Source: Cetorhinus maximus
Taxonomy: Eukaryota
Assembly (NCBI RefSeq): GCF_964194155.1
Contig: NC_135916.1
Span: 992,001-1,056,000 of the forward strand
Reading direction: 5' to 3'
Length of the DNA stretch: 64,000 bases
The translations under genes were made by a program, and so were the position numbers. Shown in pieces: positions 56,223-64,000 of this stretch. Each line of letters begins with the position of its first letter. The first letter of the stretch is position 1. Under the pieces are notes generated by a model that was given only the letters and a program-made list of their open reading frames with translations, made no database searches and was not told the DNA's origin.

Positions 56223-56967
56223 TGCCCTGATTATTTGATCCGTGTCTCGGAGCTGGGAGCTGATTTCAGATGGAAATGTTTCGTTTTCCTCCCACGTAAA
56301 TCCTATTTTCCCGCTCACTCACTGACACACTCTCCACCCGTCCCCTCCCGCACTGTGCAATAAGACACAGGGATATCCTTACAGCTCCCTAACCGGAATG
56401 TGTCCCAGTGCATTCAAAGTTTATCTTTTCTTTATTCACATTTTCAGGGTGAGAGTCTGCAATGGAGTAAAACCCCGCCTCACAACTAATACCCATACCA
56501 GTATATTTTATCTTATTTTGTTGGATGAGGTGTCAGCGAATTTCTCAATCCCTTTTGGCGGTGTGGAGGGAAGGGTGAGGCGTGAGTCTAGAGATGTGTG
56601 AGTATAGAATTTTACAAGGATTGAAATAGAAGCAGGCATCTGACTCTTTATAGAAAGTGTAGTATTGAGGGGGGAATATTGCCGACAGTATTGATTTTAA
56701 TACGATTTTCTAAATAGCTGGTTTATGATGTTGGCGTGTTTAAGTTACTTTAACAGCTTTCTGTTCAGCTCTCTTCAAAATTTGATAAATAAATGCGTTT
56801 TTGGCAGGCAGGAGGTGGAGCTGGTTTACCAAAGACGTTAGTTGTGTCTGTCACTCGGTCTCTTCGCCCCGCCTCTCTCTCTCTCCCTTCCTCAGTCAGG
56901 TCGGGGCGGGCTGTATAAAAGCGGAACGTGAAGCAGCTCCCCACTCATTCAGCAGCGATTTGACTGA

Positions 56968-57288
<321 letters not shown>

Positions 57289-58565
57289 ACAAATCGACCC
57301 GACTCTCTAACAAAACCCAAAGGCTCTTCTAAGAGCCGCCCACAACCTCACATTGAGAGCAGTGACCTCAGAGCAGGAGAGGAAAAGCGATATGTAGTTT
57401 TATATAAACACAGCGTTTCCATCTGCGCATTCTCCATTAACAATATAATCGTGAGTCACACAAAATTCATGGTTTAATTTAGTTCGGTTTTCAGGAATTC
57501 ACTTCCTTTATACTTGCCGAATCTCGATTCAAAGCTTGACTGAGGAACACGACAGCTCCCAAACTAACACCGAGTTCACAAGATAAAGGCCATCATTTAT
57601 TACACTTTAATCAGGAGTAACTATTTTGAGACACATCATTCTCGCTTCTTCGCCCCATTATCACCCTGTCTTCTTTCTTCGCCATCTGTTCCTGGGTCGT
57701 TGAGACATGACAGGGTCTGGGAGGTACCAGTATACCAGCTTTAAATGGATCAGCCTGTATCCATGCTGCATGTTGTCTGGGTCCAGGAAGCACTGAACAG
57801 ATTTATTCTGGCCTGTATCAGGGCGATCAATGAAATAACCCAAATTTAAACGGGAATGTAAGGCGAATATTGAGAGGCTGATTGAAAAATCTGACTACAC
57901 TTAATCACCTCGATTCTGCAACCCAGGACGGACTGAAGGGTGATGTGGAAGATCTGATTTTGGTGCATGGTTTGCACTGCGAAGATGCATTTACGCACAT
58001 TGTGGAAGATAGTTCAAATATGTAAACTTAGATATTAACTTGATTTACAGAATGGGTGCGCAATCCGCCCACCCACATCGCCTCCCCCAGCCATAAAACA
58101 CTAGAAACAAGAGCCAAGCCATTCTCTCTATAACATCTATAGGGCTTTGACCTGAATAAACCGATAATGTTGATCAGTTTTAAATGTGAGACCCAAAATT
58201 TCGCCCATCAATAGGAGTTTGATTCCAGCCTGCTGTAAGCCGATCAGGGAATGAAGGAGAATTTAGTCCGTGTTCGAAAGCAGGAAGTCGGAGCGGGGAC
58301 CGAAATGGGGTTCGCAAACATTCAGACCTTGTGATATTTGTCCATTCAGATTGATTTTATCTGTCTTCAAACTAGGTTTATTTTAATGTCAGTTACTCGT
58401 TCCTCTGAAATTGGCGGGCATTTTGAAATTGATGAACTGTCAGTTTCTGCTCCACCAATCAGGGCCCAGGAATCCATGCAGCCCGCTGCTCTTTTCAAAT
58501 TTCTCGGCGGGATTGCGCTGCATCCAATCAGGACAGGAGGGAGGTGACGGACATGTCTTAAATAG

Positions 58566-59033
<468 letters not shown>

Positions 59034-59543
59034 ACTCACCCTACCCGACTCTAGACTTACACCGAGAACCACAAAGGCTCTTTTAAGAGCCAACAAGTCG
59101 GTCAGAGAAAGAGCTGCGATCCCTTGTTAAAAACTCCAGCACCTAAAACCCTCAAACCTACAATTTATTTTCTTTCCTTCTGTTTACCCGTTTCCCTCCC
59201 TCTGATGCATTTGGGGTTATGAGGTGATTCCGTTTATATTTGTTTGTAATTTTACATCATTTAATTGGAAATGGGATGATTTAATTATTCAAGAACGTTT
59301 CCCTGAACATTGTCAATTGGTCATATATAGATGCAGCACAGACTCCTCATGTCTGGAAAAGGCAACAGCACCAGCGTCTCGTTGTAAGCAGCGCTTTCAC
59401 AGATCGCATTAGAAATATAATGTCATTCCGAATCGATAGGGATGTTATCGCACATGCGGATAGACAACAGGTCGCCCCTTTCACTGATTAAGTGAGTGGC
59501 TCTGAAAAGAGCCTTTGGGTTCTCAGTTTAAAGAATGGTCGCT

Positions 59544-59987
<444 letters not shown>

Positions 59988-61056
59988 TCAGTTCTCTTAT
60001 ACCCTCAGGAGGAATGGTGGTGCGCTCAGAGCTGATTGGGCAATTATATTATAGCTCATAATATTCTTCATGTTACCAATTAGATTTCTGCCTGACTCAC
60101 CAATGCGGGCAAGCAACGTATGAAGTCGGAAGTTAAGGGCGCCAAATCATCAGTTAAACAAACGATTATATATTTCAAACTGGAAAAGACAGACAAAAAA
60201 TTAATCGAAGGAAATATCGCACAGAAATCGTCTTAGCTAAACAAAGGACAATTCCTATACAAATCGTTCTAATGCTTAACATTAAAGCAGTTCTCTTACA
60301 GAATGTTAGAAGGTTTCTCGCTCTCGTTTCCTCGTCTACAGTTTACCCGTAACTATCAGTTTCTGGTTTTACCTGTGGACAAGAGGACAATAAAGGATCC
60401 AATTTACCAGAATCCAAACTTATGTTTTTTTCATGTTCGTGAGTGTCAAGAGCGGAGTGCACATTTTTTGGCGTAAATTTGCCAGTATTGAAACAGAGGC
60501 TTCCCACACCGCCAGGGCTGATACGGAATGAATTGATCAAATCAACTTTTATAATGCTGGGGAGGGATAGCATCTTTGAGGGATCAAAGATAGACTCTGC
60601 TTGATTACATTTATACAACAAGGCAGGGCCTACCCTGAAGCAGCAAACATACATTGTATTCCAATCCAGCAATAAAAATGAAAATCCTCTGCAGGCTATG
60701 TGATTCTGGGATTAAGCCTAATCATCATTATTTGTTACTTAAATGTAGTTTTCGCTCCCTGAAGCTTTTCTTCCGAAATTGACATCAACGATATATGTTT
60801 TTGTTTTTGTCTCTGTAACATTCAGTTTTAAGTCAGTTTGGATTTTATCTGGTGCATGTCAATCCCTGGAGAAAATTTTATATTTCATTCGACATATATT
60901 GCTGCCACCATAAGATTATGCTTCTATTCTCATTTTAATCCCGACATTATCTGTTAAACCCTGCTATGGGTGCATGGAATATCTGTCTGTTCATGATAAA
61001 TAAATGGGAACTTTAATCTGAAATGTATAATTTTCTAAAAAAATAAAGCAGCGTAA

Positions 61057-62029
61057 AAAACAGGGAATTACAGACTGATTAGCCACCATCAGTGGTAGAC
61101 TTAATACGAGAGTCCACTCTGTGATAATAAGAGACTTTGAAAATGTCAAATGGATTGGAGAAAGATAGCATGCGTTTATGAAAGGGAAATCATGTTTGAC
61201 AAACCTATTGTAGCTTTTTTGGGAATTAAATTGCAAAGTAGATAAGGGAAAACCAGATGATGTGGTCTATTTAGATTTTCAGAAAGCTTTTGTTAAATGC
61301 CCACTTAACTGGTTTGTGTACCAAATTGAAGTGCATGGGATGGGGGTTTGGATTGGCATGTACTGAGAAAGGATTAGTAAACAGGATAAAGAGAGCAGGA
61401 ATAAATCAGTCTTTTTGAGAATGGCAGAAGTTGACAAGTGGTGTGCCACAGGGATCAGTGTTTGGGTCCCAGTATTCAGAATAGACAAGAATGATTGTGA
61501 TGAAGGAAGCAAAGATAATATTTCCAAGGTTGCTGATGACACAAATCTAGGAGGGAATGTGAGAGATGAGGAGGAAGTTAAAATTGCCCAAGGAGATTTA
61601 GATAACTTGAGTGAGTGGGAAAAAAACATGGCAGATGGAGTATAAAGTGGCTAGATATGAATTCATCCACTTTGGTACGAAAAACAGAATGGCAGAGTAT
61701 TATTTAAATAGTGATAGGTTGGGAAATGTTGATTTACGAAGAGACCTGCGTGCAGCACATGATCACCAGGCTGATTCATGGGCTGGCAGGATTGTCACAT
61801 GAGGGGAGAATGGGCCGATTCGGACTGTATACACTCAGTGATTGTAGAATGAGAGGGCAAGTATTTGAAATACATGAAATAGTGACAGCGCTGGTCAGGC
61901 TGGGTGCAGGGATGATGTTTCCTCTGGCTGAAAGGCCTAGCACATGTGTTCAATCTCAGGATACGTTGTAGTCCATTTCGGGCTGTGTTGAGGACAAAGT
62001 TGTTCACTCATAGGGTGGTGAACATGTGA
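61057..62029 (+). mobile_element. Degenerate CR1 RT fragment
   Basis: Duplicate of 4451-5423. Confidence 0.9.
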
Positions 62030-62962
62030 TTGAGTTGCATTCATTTTGTAACCTCCAGTATCTTGTATGTGAACGTATATATAATTCCCTCCATGTATCC
62101 GTGATGTTTGCAAGAGTGGAACTAACTCTATTTTTAATATTTTAATGTGCTATCTCCAAAAGTGAGATTTCGTTCGAATCACTCAAAATCTGGAACCAAA
62201 TGTGAAGTTCCAATTGATATTCATATAGTCAACTGCTACAAGTATGTTTTCCTTGTGTGTCGATTGGTGACATATTGCCTGACTGTAGATTTGGCCCTGT
62301 AACATTCGGATTTTCCTCATTGTTATGTTTTTAGTGTATGTTTGTGGTTTTATCCCTGTATTTCATTCACTGGTACTTTGCATCAGATGGGGATAATTCA
62401 TTGCTTCTCAGCGTCTTGTATAATCTGTGAGTTTGGCCATGGTTCTATAATTGTCAGTCTCTCAAACTGAATGTGAGTGTGTAATAATTCAGTCTTTAAG
62501 AGCAACGAGCTGACAATGAGTGTGTGATTCATTCCACTGAACTGTGCATCTGGTTTGTATGGGTATGTTCCACTCTCTGCATATCTCTCATTGTCCTTTA
62601 CAGTGCATGATTTGGGGATTAAATTGAACATGACAGTTTCCAATAGACGATGTGATTGTGGGGTTATTTCTGTATTTTTATGGTTTCAGCTATTCTATTT
62701 GAATGAGATCTTTTCTGCCTCATTCAGATTCAGGTAGTGTAGTGAGTGTGGGATTTATTATAAAGCTTTCACACTTGGAAATTTGGGTGATTAACATCTG
62801 CATCATGGATTTTTGCTCCCCAGGCACAGTGTATGTGGGGATAATTATGTAGTTGCCGTTCTCTGGTATGCTTTGAATTTATTTTTGTTCTTATAGCTGT
62901 ATTTGATCTGTGTTTGAATGTGTGAGTAATTTTGCACCTGAGAATTCTGCCCATCTAAGTAT

Positions 62963-63178
62963 ATACAACTTCTCTCTCCCCCCGCCCCCCCACCTTAAAC
63001 CAGCTTATATTTCACCTTTCTCCTAACTATGCTTCAGTTCTGCCGAAGGGTCGTTATGACTCGAAACGTTAACTGATTTCTTCTCCACCGATGCTGCCAG
63101 ACCTGCTGAGTTTTTCCAGGTAATTCTGTTTTTGTTTTGGATTTCCAGCATCCGCAGTAGCTTTTAGCTTTTTGTTTT
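62963..63178 (+). mobile_element. Solo Penelope pLTR with hammerhead-like motif at 63035-63075
   Basis: Duplicate of 6357-6572. Confidence 0.85.
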
Positions 63179-64000
63179 TAAGTAGGTATATTATTCAATC
63201 TGTATCTGTTTTTCTCCACTGTTGCAGGTAAGTGTGAGATAAGACTATATCTGGACTTTTAATGAAACGTGTTGGAATATATTTTTATGAATCCCTCAAC
63301 ATAGCAGTATTTGTTAACCTTTGGTTTAACCTATAACATTGGCTTCATGTGTTTTGTAGTCACAGGTTATATTCAATAGTTGCCTGGGATTTGTGGAATC
63401 ACATTTGATTTTTAGCTCTGTGAAAACAATTGTGAATATTTAATCAGATACACAGCCTCATATGTAATTTGTTCATTTTGTATAAAGGGATTGCTGTTGA
63501 ATCTTTACTGATGCTGCCATTTTTGGTGTGAAATATATAGATATGTCTAAATTCTAAGGGACGGTGCTGCAATTTATTCTGTCCCTTCCAATCAGTTATT
63601 TCTTGTCTAATGAGGCTCAGAATAATTAATTAATTTCTGACCAACGCAACACAATATAATTAAATCTGATATTTGGTGTGTTTTCTGTGAACATTTTGAT
63701 TGATGTATGCTCCTCTCATCTAGGTTACTGGAAATAAAAACAAACAACAACAATAAAATCAGACTCTCCTGCTCAGTTTGTATCTTGCATTGAAAAGTTG
63801 TCACTTCCCTTTGAAACAGTGTGGGAATGAACAATTAATTGGTTGTGACTGTGGACATAATGACCTGGAAGTTTCTCTGCTCTCAGTGAATGGTCCTGTA
63901 CCTAGCTAGTGTTGCAGCTAGCTCACTTTTTAACCTTGTTCATTTTGTGACTTTTGAAGTTGTCACTATTATCTACCTTTGTCACTAACATCATCATGCA

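Overview
Vertebrate replication-dependent histone gene cluster, probably from a cartilaginous fish (inferred from the H1 N-terminus and the CR1, Penelope and SINE families). It is built from diverged units with the order H1(+), H4(+), H3.2(+), H2A(-) and a long spacer. These units form a ~56.6-kb higher-order repeat: 1-7394 recurs at 56610-64000. Intact CDSs are H4 x4, H3.2 x4, H1 x3 and H2A x2, all with 3' stem-loops. No H2B is present. Several units are decaying: a truncated H4, two H2A promoters without a CDS, and one unit with H3 and H1 deleted around an inversion. The spacers hold a full-length disrupted CR1 LINE, CR1 fragments, a Penelope element with TSD, pLTRs with non-canonical hammerhead motifs, a tRNA-type SINE and a solo LTR. 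The most notable signal is that each long spacer also carries a conserved minus-strand spliced transcription unit (NRF1-type promoter, ATG exon, donor, acceptor). It predicts an 83-aa non-histone protein, open in two units and broken in the third. All comparisons were made by eye and repeat boundaries are approximate.
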